IMG/VR virus record: IMGVR_UViG_3300017613_001587
DNA from: a virus
Taxonomy: Duplodnaviria; Heunggongvirae; Uroviricota; Caudoviricetes
Reading direction: 5' to 3' (one strand)
DNA: 64,000 nucleotides
The notes below the pieces were generated by a model. The model searched no databases, was not told where the DNA came from, and worked only from the letters and a program-made list of their open reading frames with translations. The position numbers were made by a program, and so were the translations under genes. Shown piece by piece: positions 63,953-64,000 of this stretch. Position 1 is the first letter of the stretch, and every line of letters begins with the position of its first letter.

Positions 63953-63969
63953 TTAGAGGAGGGCTCAAC

Positions 63970-64000
63970 ATGAGCCAGAATTTGAAAGCTTTATTGCGGG
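63970..64000 (+). CDS. 5' end of the next gene (partial)
   Basis: AGAGGAGGGCTCAAC-ATG runs off the window. Confidence 0.3.
   Translation, partial: MSQNLKALLR

Noticed and set aside
1-64000. Global stop-codon reassignment (code 4 or 25, TGA=Trp/Gly)
   Set aside because: Only two genes carry a single in-frame TGA. Long conserved genes (pncB, nadE, nadR, the aminotransferase, the 547-aa protein) are intact under the standard code, and TGA terminates many genes. Site-specific recoding (Sec or readthrough) fits better.
1-64000. CRISPR array, integrase/transposase, homing endonuclease
   Set aside because: No regularly spaced 25-40-bp direct repeats. No tyrosine- or serine-recombinase, DDE, HNH or GIY-YIG signatures were recognised in any frame.

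Overview
This window reads as a 64-kb stretch of a large dsDNA phage (virus) genome. Over 150 short, tightly packed and often overlapping genes are almost all on the + strand, and nearly every one has a strong AGGAGGT-type ribosome-binding site. The early part holds small-protein genes, promoter-like TATAAT/TAGTATAG repeats, six copies of a TGTCATGACA palindrome, and a single minus-strand ribbon-helix-helix regulator gene. Products I could recognise are listed below.
- **Replication and nucleic-acid enzymes:** an SSB and a divergent SSB-like paralog, RNase H, a metallophosphoesterase and a SAM methyltransferase.
- **Other enzymes:** a class-III PLP aminotransferase, peptide deformylase, and an adjacent GGCT-like / GCS2-like (YbdK-type) amidoligase pair.
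- **Surface and membrane proteins:** two type-IV-pilin-like proteins; LemA-like and SPFH-domain lipoprotein genes; and a terminator-bounded cassette of a lipoprotein and two secreted Gly-rich proteins.
- **RNA genes:** two tRNA-Arg genes (one with an expanded D-loop) and a tRNA-Tyr-like element.
- **NAD+ module:** PnuC, NadR-like NMNAT/NR kinase, Nudix, HAD-like, PncA, PncB and NadE.
- **RtcB:** an RNA ligase split by one in-frame TGA exactly at its conserved metal-binding Cys.

A second gene (32333-33610) is also interrupted by a single in-frame TGA, followed 13 nt later by a SECIS-like (selenocysteine insertion sequence) hairpin with a GGUC-type apical loop. Together with the TGA in RtcB this suggests selenocysteine insertion or programmed UGA readthrough, not a global stop-codon reassignment. 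Several families of small paralogous proteins share a recurring PNxAF[K/R]-plus-basic-tail motif, and there is a tandem array of five zinc-ribbon proteins. No CRISPR array, integrase or transposase was recognised.
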